Shown one piece after another: positions 48,984 to 56,650 of a stretch of 64,000 nucleotides of DNA. Positions within the stretch are counted from its first letter, which is position 1, and every line of letters begins with the position of its first letter. This stretch comes from a virus, in the IMG/VR virus record IMGVR_UViG_3300021962_000082, positions 6,475 through 70,474 of that record; one strand, given 5' to 3'. Position numbers and translations under genes: made by a program. The notes beneath the pieces were generated by a model. It had not been told where the DNA came from. It did no database searches and worked only from the letters and a program-made list of their open reading frames with translations.

Positions 48984-49301
48984 ATGGCGTCTCAAGATAC
49001 TAAAGTAATAACAAAAACACAAATTGAATTACGCGAGCCACCGTTGTTTAAAATAATTTACTTAAATGACAATAAAACATCTGTAGATTTTGTAGTTGAA
49101 AGTTTAATTAAACACTTTGACTACAATGCAGATACTGCTGTTGCCATTACCAACGACATTCATAACAGCGGTTCAGCAGTTGTGGCTGTTTTGCCCTATG
49201 AAATTGCTGAACAAAAAGGCATCGAAGTTACAGTTGAAGCTCGAAATAACGACTTTCCGTTACAAGTTAGACTAGAGCCCGATACAGTCACTAGTAGTTA
49301 A
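48984..49301 (+). CDS. clpS: Clp adaptor ClpS
   Basis: PP.FKIIYLND..TSVDFVV, IH..G.AVV, EIAEQK, FPL. Confidence 0.88.
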   Translation: MASQDTKVITKTQIELREPPLFKIIYLNDNKTSVDFVVESLIKHFDYNADTAVAITNDIHNSGSAVVAVLPYEIAEQKGIEVTVEARNNDFPLQVRLEPDTVTSS

Positions 49302-50079
49302 TGGTAATGCGTTTGGGGTAAAAAGCGGGCTGCCAGTCAGCATCATCAGCCCGCCCTCTACAGTTGTTAACATAGCGTATGCCTGAGAATTTTTGATCCA
49401 CGCTGTCGTGATAATGCCCAAAGCACCAGGTGTCAATTTTGTTTTCAGAATCTTCATCCAACGCCAGCATCATTAACCTGTTGCCCATTTTGTTAAATTC
49501 ATAAGTGTCAGTAATACGCAAATCGTGGCTGATAAGATCTTTAAAAGGTACAGTATGAGTAACAACCACAATGCGTTTAACATCAGGATGCTTTTGCAAT
49601 CGTCTTATGCTGTTAATCATATAAAGTGCGTCTTGTTCCGCTAATGCGTGAATTCTTTCGGCACTAGCACGACGAGTTTTCATAACATCAGTCCACCACA
49701 GCTTGCATTGTACTGGGTCAATATTGTCATCTAAGTCCCAAGTCCACCAACCATTGGTTCCAATAATAGCAACACCGCTGATGATCACACAGTTGTTTTG
49801 TAGAAATACCACATTTGGAATGTTGGCAATAGCCTTTTCCAACATGAGATAACTATGGTCAAGTGTATCTAAATGATGACGATGTTCGTTGTTGCCGTCA
49901 ATATAAAAAACTGCGTTATAGCATTGACCCAAGTGCGTCAGCGTTTGCTTAACCACTTCAAGGTCGCGAGAAATGTCACCGGCAACTACACAAATCGTGC
50001 TAGTTGCTTGTCCAGTCCAATCTAGTGTTTCGTGAGAATCCAGGTGAAGGTCGGAAATTAAATCAAATGATAAATGCAT
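49291..50079 (-). CDS. calcineurin-like metallophosphoesterase
   Basis: SDLH, AGD, GNNE, VTH, FGHYH. Confidence 0.88.
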   Translation of the reverse strand: MHLSFDLISDLHLDSHETLDWTGQATSTICVVAGDISRDLEVVKQTLTHLGQCYNAVFYIDGNNEHRHHLDTLDHSYLMLEKAIANIPNVVFLQNNCVIISGVAIIGTNGWWTWDLDDNIDPVQCKLWWTDVMKTRRASAERIHALAEQDALYMINSIRRLQKHPDVKRIVVVTHTVPFKDLISHDLRITDTYEFNKMGNRLMMLALDEDSENKIDTWCFGHYHDSVDQKFSGIRYVNNCRGRADDADWQPAFYPKRITINY

Positions 50080-50105
50080 GATACATATTTAAAAGGATTT
50101 GCAGT

Positions 50106-50468
50106 ATGAATATTATTATTGACCCAAAAGACTTGAAATCTTATCAAGAAAAATATACGGTGCTGGAATTAGATACTTTTCGCCTACTGCCCGAAAATCG
50201 CGAAGTCAAGGCCTACTGCGTCATTGAAGCAATACCTATTATGGAATTGCAATTAATTGAAAGCAGAAGGAATTTGCACAACGGTTTGTTGGAAAACTAT
50301 CGCAAACGAAATTGGGATTACTGCAATCAAGCACTTGATCATTTGGTTGGCAGCTGGAACAATGAATTAGACTCGTTTTATCAAGACATGCGTAATAGGA
50401 TCGATCGCTATATGGAAAACGATCCCGGTGAGTCCTGGGATGGCGTTATAGAAAAACAAGCAGCATGA
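50106..50468 (+). CDS. hypothetical protein
   Basis: AAGGA SD; Y..RNW..C and WDGVI recall the C-terminal appendage of some class III cyclases. Confidence 0.65.
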   Translation: MNIIIDPKDLKSYQEKYTVLELDTFRLLPENREVKAYCVIEAIPIMELQLIESRRNLHNGLLENYRKRNWDYCNQALDHLVGSWNNELDSFYQDMRNRIDRYMENDPGESWDGVIEKQAA

Positions 50469-51265
50469 ACATAGGAATCGTTGGCTTTGGTTATGTGGGT
50501 TCGGCTGTAGCGGCCAGTTACGCCGACAATCAAGTGTTGGTCTATGATCCTAAATATCCTGAGATATCCAGGTCCCTAAACGATATCAAACGAGAGTGTG
50601 AATTTGTTTTTGTATGTGTGCCAACACCTAGCGGCCCAGGGGGATGTGATACCAGTATGCTGGATAACGTTATTGGTCAGTTGAAAGGCTATACAGGCGT
50701 TGTAATTGTAAAATCAACTGCCCCGCCTCAATGGTATGCAGTAGCCGAAGCGGCAGCCGGATTGAAAATTGCACATGTTCCGGAATTTTTAACGCAAGCA
50801 CGAGCCAAGTATGACTATGTTAATCCCCATAAAATTGTTGTTGGCTGTAAAACAGAATTAAGAAACGAAGTTAAACGAGCATTGATGGCAAGTGCAATCA
50901 ACTTTGATCGCATTGCTAACATTGAGTTTTGTTCTATAGCAGAAGCTAGTTTTTTCAAGTATATGGCCAATAATTTTCTAGCAATGAAAGTTGTAATCAA
51001 CAATGAGTTTGCACAACTGGCACAGGCTATGGGACTGGATTGGGAAACACTGGCTTCAATGGCACGCACTGACACCAGATTGGGCAACACACACTGGGCA
51101 GTACCCGGACCTGACGGCGACTATGGATTTGGTGGTGCTTGCTTTCCCAAGGATACAGAAGCATTACAAGTTATGGCTCAAGACTTAGATGTTGAAACAA
51201 CCATGCTTGACACAGCCGTAAGCACTAACAAAAATCTAAGATTTAGTTTTAACAAACACCATTAA
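50465..51265 (+). CDS. short UDP-glucose/GDP-mannose dehydrogenase family protein
   Basis: GFGYVG, CVPTP, KST, PEFL, GFGGACFPKD; lacks C-terminal domain. Confidence 0.85.
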   Translation: MNIGIVGFGYVGSAVAASYADNQVLVYDPKYPEISRSLNDIKRECEFVFVCVPTPSGPGGCDTSMLDNVIGQLKGYTGVVIVKSTAPPQWYAVAEAAAGLKIAHVPEFLTQARAKYDYVNPHKIVVGCKTELRNEVKRALMASAINFDRIANIEFCSIAEASFFKYMANNFLAMKVVINNEFAQLAQAMGLDWETLASMARTDTRLGNTHWAVPGPDGDYGFGGACFPKDTEALQVMAQDLDVETTMLDTAVSTNKNLRFSFNKHH

Positions 51266-51893
51266 ATTTTATAGTAATCAAGCCACCTTGATTATTATTT
51301 GCTGGTCTTTGAACATTGCATATTGGCTCTTTATTTGCATATTCATTATGACGCCCCACACAATCAGGAGGGCTGTCACTAGAAGTGCAATTATCGCAAC
51401 TGTAAGGAAATACACCCGGAATTCCGGTGTTATTATTCCAGCTATTATTTTTAATATTTTTTACTTTAATGGCGCCAAAGTTACTGGTCCAGTCATCGGC
51501 ACTTAAATCAAATTCAATTAGTGCATTCGCACCAGCAACACAAGAATTATCTATTGTTTCCTGCCCCATAGGTTGAAATCCATTGTTGATGATAACTTCG
51601 GCTAAATTGACTCCGTGTGGAAATTCATTAGTTGGGCAATTCATTGGGGGTGTATTAAATGAAAAATTACCATTGAATCCTTGCGAGCCTGGCGCCCCTA
51701 CAGGAGTTGATTGCTGTTTTTCCAATATAAAATATCCCTGTAAGAAACGTTTTTCATCAGTAACCACCATCGAAATACCTTTGGCCATTTGTACTTGTTT
51801 CACATTTTGTACGCAACCTGGGGTTACACCTAGTGTAACATAAACTTTTACTGGAGAGTTTGTTGTATTTTGGACTTCTAATTGTGTTGGCAT
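51249..51893 (-). CDS. thaumatin-like Cys-rich beta protein
   Basis: NLAE.I.N...ETIDNSCVAGAN resembles the thaumatin LAEF..D.S.V.G.N signature. Confidence 0.45.
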   Translation of the reverse strand: MPTQLEVQNTTNSPVKVYVTLGVTPGCVQNVKQVQMAKGISMVVTDEKRFLQGYFILEKQQSTPVGAPGSQGFNGNFSFNTPPMNCPTNEFPHGVNLAEVIINNGFQPMGQETIDNSCVAGANALIEFDLSADDWTSNFGAIKVKNIKNNSWNNNTGIPGVFPYSCDNCTSSDSPPDCVGRHNEYANKEPICNVQRPANNNQGGLITIKFNGVC

Positions 51894-51902
51894 ATAGTTT
51901 TA

Positions 51903-52250
51903 TTAGTAATTATTTTTTGGTGGTTTTGAAGGGTTAACTTCTGCGCCGCCCATATAAACCATAACATTCTTGCCTGATCCTGTAACACAATATACTTTGT
52001 CATTAACTTGTTCGACAATAGTATATGTTAGTGTTTTTGGATTAACAAACATAATTGTAACTAATTCTTCTTTATCCCGTGTGCTAACCATTTGAAGCAT
52101 TGGCCGCTCATCATATTCTTTTAATACTTCAACAACTTTTGCCTGCGTAGCGCAAGGAACAGTTAATTTAATAGCATCGGGTGTTGGTGATTGCTGTGCA
52201 TGCACAGCAGATGACGCTAATAGCAGAATACTTAATACAAGTTTTTTCAT
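51903..52250 (-). CDS. secreted hypothetical protein
   Basis: Sec signal MKKLVLSILLLASSAVHA; two Cys. Confidence 0.75.
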   Translation of the reverse strand: MKKLVLSILLLASSAVHAQQSPTPDAIKLTVPCATQAKVVEVLKEYDERPMLQMVSTRDKEELVTIMFVNPKTLTYTIVEQVNDKVYCVTGSGKNVMVYMGGAEVNPSKPPKNNY

Positions 52251-52286
52251 AGGTCATCCTTTGTTTAACCATGTTAGATATTTATA

Positions 52287-52751
52287 CTATGCTTGTAATC
52301 CGGGCAGGTAGACAGTTTTCTTGTCTTTTGACACCGCTGTTAGCATTTCTTTTTTAAGATTTGCTGGATTATATGACACATGTACCCATCCTGAGCTTGG
52401 TACGCCTGGAGTATAAAACTCTAATATCAATTGTGTAAAATCTAAATTATCAGCAATCCAATGAGCCAAGTCAGCATTGCTAATGCCAGGAATTTCGATA
52501 TCAGCAGCCATTCCCTTAACATGCTCGCTGCTGGCAGAACCTCGAGCTGCACTATTAACCGCTGGTGATCTGTAGCCGCTGTTAACATGCACACCACGGC
52601 CGTAGTGATCGCGAACTGGTTGTAAAACATTTTCGGCCAGTGCCACCATGTTTTTAATTTCTGTGTCTCCGGGTGTATTGTCCAAGTGATTGCGTAGTGC
52701 AACATCACTTTTTGTCATTTCATCTAATGTAAAGTTTTCTGATAATTTCAT
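52287..52751 (-). CDS. peptidase M15 (putative endolysin)
   Basis: LSENFTL.E, SGYRS, SEH..G.AAD, WVHVS. Confidence 0.9.
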   Translation of the reverse strand: MKLSENFTLDEMTKSDVALRNHLDNTPGDTEIKNMVALAENVLQPVRDHYGRGVHVNSGYRSPAVNSAARGSASSEHVKGMAADIEIPGISNADLAHWIADNLDFTQLILEFYTPGVPSSGWVHVSYNPANLKKEMLTAVSKDKKTVYLPGLQA

Positions 52752-52833
52752 TTAATCCTTTGGCATTGCCGTTTGTGCAAAATAAACACATTAATAATAT
52801 TTATTTTGTTCTAATTCTATAGTAAATAGTGTT

Positions 52834-53565
52834 ATGTTAACGTTTATAATTTCTTATATTTTTTTTGTCCTATGGGCTTGGTTACAAAATACGTACCTTC
52901 ACCGATCTTTATCCCATAAACAACTTGAGTTTCATCCAATAATGGTACAAATTATTAAAATAGTAGCTTGGATGAGTCAACGACGATACTACACAGACTG
53001 GGGCAAAGTATGGGTAGCAGTACATAGAATGCATCACGCATATACGGACACAGATAAAGATCCGCACTCACCACACCACAAGAGTTTTACAGATATTTTG
53101 TTTCTGAAACGTCGTCGATTGACCAACGAAGAAATTGAATCTTGGACCAAAGATGTTAAAATAACAGTTACTAAATTGGATAAATTAATGGAAAAATTAC
53201 CAATTGGGCCGGTTGTATTTCTAGTAATTATGGTATCTTTATTTTCTTGGATCGGATTTTTAATTTGGTTGGCCTGTATTAATTCACATTACCTTATTAC
53301 ATCCTTTAACTACGTAACCCATGGTAAAATACCAGGTTACACTAACAGTCCTAATGCAAAATCTGACAAATCAAAAAACATACCTTATTTAGTATTTGCT
53401 TATTTAGGTGAAGACTTACATGCAAACCATCACAAATGGCCAACTTCGGCTAATATGGCTGTAAGGTGGTGGGAAGTTGATTTTGGTTATTGGATTTTGA
53501 AATTTCTTTCACTGTTTGGTTTAGTAACATTTAATAAAACTGCGCTGCTGGAAAAGACAATTTAA
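52834..53565 (+). CDS. membrane fatty-acid desaturase (delta-9-like)
   Basis: His boxes HRSLSH, HRMHH, HANHH; DPHSP; WWEVD. Confidence 0.9.
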   Translation: MLTFIISYIFFVLWAWLQNTYLHRSLSHKQLEFHPIMVQIIKIVAWMSQRRYYTDWGKVWVAVHRMHHAYTDTDKDPHSPHHKSFTDILFLKRRRLTNEEIESWTKDVKITVTKLDKLMEKLPIGPVVFLVIMVSLFSWIGFLIWLACINSHYLITSFNYVTHGKIPGYTNSPNAKSDKSKNIPYLVFAYLGEDLHANHHKWPTSANMAVRWWEVDFGYWILKFLSLFGLVTFNKTALLEKTI

Positions 53566-53585
53566 GTTTATTCTGATATAGTGAT

Positions 53586-53613
53586 AAGGATTAGGACTTC
53601 AATCCTAATCCTT
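53586..53613. terminator. 11-bp perfect hairpin between convergent genes
   Basis: AAGGATTAGGA-cttcaa-TCCTAATCCTT. Confidence 0.55.
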
Positions 53614-54045
53614 TGGCATTGCCGTTTGTGCATCCCATTCATACAACTCGATTTGCGTATCTGCGTCGGTTGGTGTTTTGCTCTTTTTAGCTACCATGCG
53701 CTTGCCTTCTTTTTGCGCCTTGGTACCTTTTTCCAGTTGTTCTTGCGACTGCTTGGTCCAGGGAATACGACGGAACACTGGATAATCAACATCGGGTTCT
53801 ATAGTTAGTAGATAAATCCAGGGCTTGGCATTTTTAGCATACACAACTCGAAAAGAGTCGTCTTCGGGCAAACCATCTTTGGGTTGTCCCCACAAGTCAT
53901 TTACCGTATGCCAACTAAACGCAACATTGAATAACAAGAACGGAACCAGGATGGACATTAGTATTGGGTTCCATTTTTCTTTGATCATAACAACTAACAC
54001 AATTATGGTCAACAGCATTAAACTAAAAATTGCAAGTGCTAACAT
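53605..54045 (-). CDS. membrane protein, third gene of ExbBD-like trio
   Basis: Two N-terminal TMs then soluble domain; start MLALAI with AAGGA SD. Confidence 0.7.
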   Translation of the reverse strand: MLALAIFSLMLLTIIVLVVMIKEKWNPILMSILVPFLLFNVAFSWHTVNDLWGQPKDGLPEDDSFRVVYAKNAKPWIYLLTIEPDVDYPVFRRIPWTKQSQEQLEKGTKAQKEGKRMVAKKSKTPTDADTQIELYEWDAQTAMPKD

Positions 54046-54049
54046 ATTT

Positions 54050-54757
54050 TTATATTCCTTCTGGGGCAGGCAAAGATGAATTAGTTGGCTCTGGAGCAGC
54101 ATAAGGACGCACCAACCGTCCTGAGTATTTCTTTGTTAATACTGGAACAATGTCCTCATCTGTTTCAGTAACATTAGAAACGTTCCCGTCGGCATTTACT
54201 GTAAATTTATAGTAATTGCGTGCCTCACCTTCGTCAGTAAAATTCTTTGTTTGCTTGTAAATTATTGAGTAAGGATTAATCTTCTGTACCTCAACAGTAA
54301 CTGGCAAACTGTCGTACATTTTAAAATCTTTTTCGTGATCCTTAAACACTGGTTTTCTATACCAGTGTACAGAAATATAATATTCACCAGGCATCTTGCC
54401 GCGGACGGTTACTACTTCTCTATTGACTTTTATAATCACTTCCTTACCGTCAATCTCCATTTTGTCTTCAAGAACACCACGATCGTCTCGATCTAAGTGT
54501 ATTAGTGGTGAGTCTTTTCTTGTGAATCCCACAACGTTCATATCGGGACCACGAACCCAAATGTCGATATCGTCAGCCGAATCTTCAGGCCACGTTAGTG
54601 CAATAATAAATTCAGCAGGAGTAATAATGTCACCCTTTTTAGCAACGGGGTTGATCATTAAGAACGCAATTAAGAATAAAAATACGAATCCAACAAGAAT
54701 GTTGAATAACAAGTCTGTAAATGCTACAGTACTTTTAAACTTTTGTGGCGAGTCCAT
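54050..54757 (-). CDS. ExbD/TolR/MotB-like single-TM protein with YfaP-like C-terminal domain
   Basis: AFTDLLF TM with conserved Asp; LTW..DIDIWV..P..LDRDD.G..N.E..GEY.I.VH.Y. Confidence 0.65.
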   Translation of the reverse strand: MDSPQKFKSTVAFTDLLFNILVGFVFLFLIAFLMINPVAKKGDIITPAEFIIALTWPEDSADDIDIWVRGPDMNVVGFTRKDSPLIHLDRDDRGVLEDKMEIDGKEVIIKVNREVVTVRGKMPGEYYISVHWYRKPVFKDHEKDFKMYDSLPVTVEVQKINPYSIIYKQTKNFTDEGEARNYYKFTVNADGNVSNVTETDEDIVPVLTKKYSGRLVRPYAAPEPTNSSLPAPEGI

Positions 54758-55256
54758 CAGCGTAATGCTCCAAGTTCACCAGCTGACTCTTTAAGAATAT
54801 ACTTGCAACTAAACCAACCAGTGTGGTATACAATGCTGTACTCATTCCCAACGCCATGCTGGCCAGTGCTGTTTGTAAACTTTGTGTATTGGAAACGTCG
54901 ATGTGACTAAATGCAGTCCCGAGCATTAATAAGAAGCCAGCCACCGTTCCAACCATACCCAATGCTAGGCAAGTTTCTGCCAAATACCATCCAATTTTAG
55001 AATTGTTTTGTATGTCGGACGCAGTGGTTTTTCTGTGCCATAATCCAATTAATACAGATCCTAATACCCACATTAAAACAATAACAAAACTAAGTTTAGT
55101 TTGGTCATGTTGCCAAATTAAACGATGTGCATCAAAATATACTGCAATAGAAATTAAAACTGTTTGAATGCACACCATTAGATACCAAGTCATAAATGCT
55201 TGTTGTGGTGTTACTGTTGTTATTTTTGCTAACCATCGCACTAAATTTTTAATCAT
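54735..55256 (-). CDS. MotA/TolQ/ExbB proton-channel family protein
   Basis: LGMVGTVAG and GMSTALYTTLVGL in the last two TMs. Confidence 0.8.
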   Translation of the reverse strand: MIKNLVRWLAKITTVTPQQAFMTWYLMVCIQTVLISIAVYFDAHRLIWQHDQTKLSFVIVLMWVLGSVLIGLWHRKTTASDIQNNSKIGWYLAETCLALGMVGTVAGFLLMLGTAFSHIDVSNTQSLQTALASMALGMSTALYTTLVGLVASIFLKSQLVNLEHYADGLATKV

Positions 55257-55500
55257 TTTTATCCGCTTGCATATATTTTTTTAATTGTTCTAGCAAATCA
55301 AGCAACGCTTGCTTAACTTCAGCGGCCGCATCAATGCTGTCCAACTCGTTGCGTAGTACAGCTATAAACTCGCTAGGAGTTGCCGTTCTAGTGTGCTCAT
55401 CGAACGTATAGTTATTTATTTGGTCAACTAGCGAAATTACCCGCGGATTTGTGGTTTTGTGCGCTTCAATAATACCATTAGCGAGCCGTAATAACGACAT
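55249..55500 (-). CDS. hypothetical protein
   Basis: 83-aa helical ORF coupled to both neighbours. Confidence 0.65.
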   Translation of the reverse strand: MSLLRLANGIIEAHKTTNPRVISLVDQINNYTFDEHTRTATPSEFIAVLRNELDSIDAAAEVKQALLDLLEQLKKYMQADKND

Positions 55501-55501
55501 T

Positions 55502-55828
55502 TTATTTGGCAGCGTCTTCGTTTTCTGAAATTTCTCTTCTTCTGCTTAGTGCGCTACCTGTTAGTAATGCGCCAAACGCAAGATGAAACATTCCCCCACC
55601 TCGTAGGGTATACGGATCGTGCTGATTGAAGTTTGCTTTTATTAATTCTACTTGAACTTGCTGACTTACATTGCCAGCAAGAAATATACTTTTATCTAAA
55701 TCTTTTCGCATAATACCAATCCAAGTTGGCACTACAACAAAGTCAAATAAACAAATGATTGCATAAACAGAAGCCATAACGGATTTCCACCCATCATGCT
55801 TCTGCATCCATACAAAAAATTGTCTCAT
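55502..55828 (-). CDS. holin-like membrane protein (resembles 3TM gene-transfer holin family)
   Basis: W...M..VY..ICLFDF...P and P.TL.GGG.FHLAFGA.L. Confidence 0.6.
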   Translation of the reverse strand: MRQFFVWMQKHDGWKSVMASVYAIICLFDFVVVPTWIGIMRKDLDKSIFLAGNVSQQVQVELIKANFNQHDPYTLRGGGMFHLAFGALLTGSALSRRREISENEDAAK

Positions 55829-55834
55829 GATATT

Positions 55835-56575
55835 TTACATGCTGGCTAGCTTTAATTTATGCACATAGTTGTCCATAAAGTGATCATAGACGCTGCTAAA
55901 GTACTGTCTTTTTTCTAGTGCACGTTTTCTTGCAAGAATCTGATCCCATAACAATCTCCATCCAGCAGAATGGCGGGCGTTTCCGTGGTAATCTAAGTAC
56001 AGTATTGTACCATGATGACGGAATTTCATAATATAAAGTGGGACTCTGGTAACAGCATCACAGCAATTGATAACTCGTGTGTGGGGTACTTTTAATGCCG
56101 AAACAAAGGCTTTAGTGCCAACTCTTGGAGAGCCAAATGTAACTAATGCGTTAACATTAATTAAGCCGCGAAACGACAGTCTAGAAGCCATAATGGTTGC
56201 CATTGCAGCACCAAGGCTGTGTCCTGTTATTACTAGTGGTAAATTATTTCCGTCTTTGTTTAAGTTAAGTAATATGTCATCCCATAATTTATTAACTTCT
56301 TTTCGAAAGCCAACATGTACATGGGAACCGTTTTCTTCTTTGTTTTTACCCGAAGTTAAATCAGCAAGTATGTCGCTTTTTTGTTTAACTTCAGTACCGC
56401 GAAACGACAGTACTCGTTCTTTTCCGTTAGTTAACAAATATGCTTGGGCGCCCTTTTTGTCAAAAAAGTTAAGAATAGAATAACCGTATTCTTTAAACGC
56501 CCCTGTTGCTTTGTCTGGATTAAGGTAAGTGTCCCTGGCTATCTTAGCATACGGTAGTATTTCTTTTGGTGTCAT
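55835..56575 (-). CDS. class 3 lipase
   Basis: SFRGT, VH.GF, ITGHSLGAAMA, TFGSPRVG, D.V.RVP, terminal DH. Confidence 0.92.
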   Translation of the reverse strand: MTPKEILPYAKIARDTYLNPDKATGAFKEYGYSILNFFDKKGAQAYLLTNGKERVLSFRGTEVKQKSDILADLTSGKNKEENGSHVHVGFRKEVNKLWDDILLNLNKDGNNLPLVITGHSLGAAMATIMASRLSFRGLINVNALVTFGSPRVGTKAFVSALKVPHTRVINCCDAVTRVPLYIMKFRHHGTILYLDYHGNARHSAGWRLLWDQILARKRALEKRQYFSSVYDHFMDNYVHKLKLASM

Positions 56576-56650
56576 TTTTATTCTCCGGAAAATATCAAAA
56601 TATTTACCGAATAAATTTTTTAATTAAGTGGCTATTGATACACCAATATT

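Larger units (their letters stand above)
52753..53632. repeat. 27-bp perfect direct repeat (52753-52779 and 53606-53632) flanking the desaturase gene
   Basis: TAATCCTTTGGCATTGCCGTTTGTGCA read at both positions. Confidence 0.92.

Noticed and set aside
51244-51902. TAGTTTTA repeat flanking the thaumatin-like gene as a target-site duplication
   Set aside because: An 8-bp AT-rich match is too likely by chance to support without an empty-site allele
54050-55256. Zorya defence system
   Set aside because: The A-like protein lacks the long ZorA tail, the B-like protein lacks an OmpA domain, and no ZorC/D/E-like genes are adjacent
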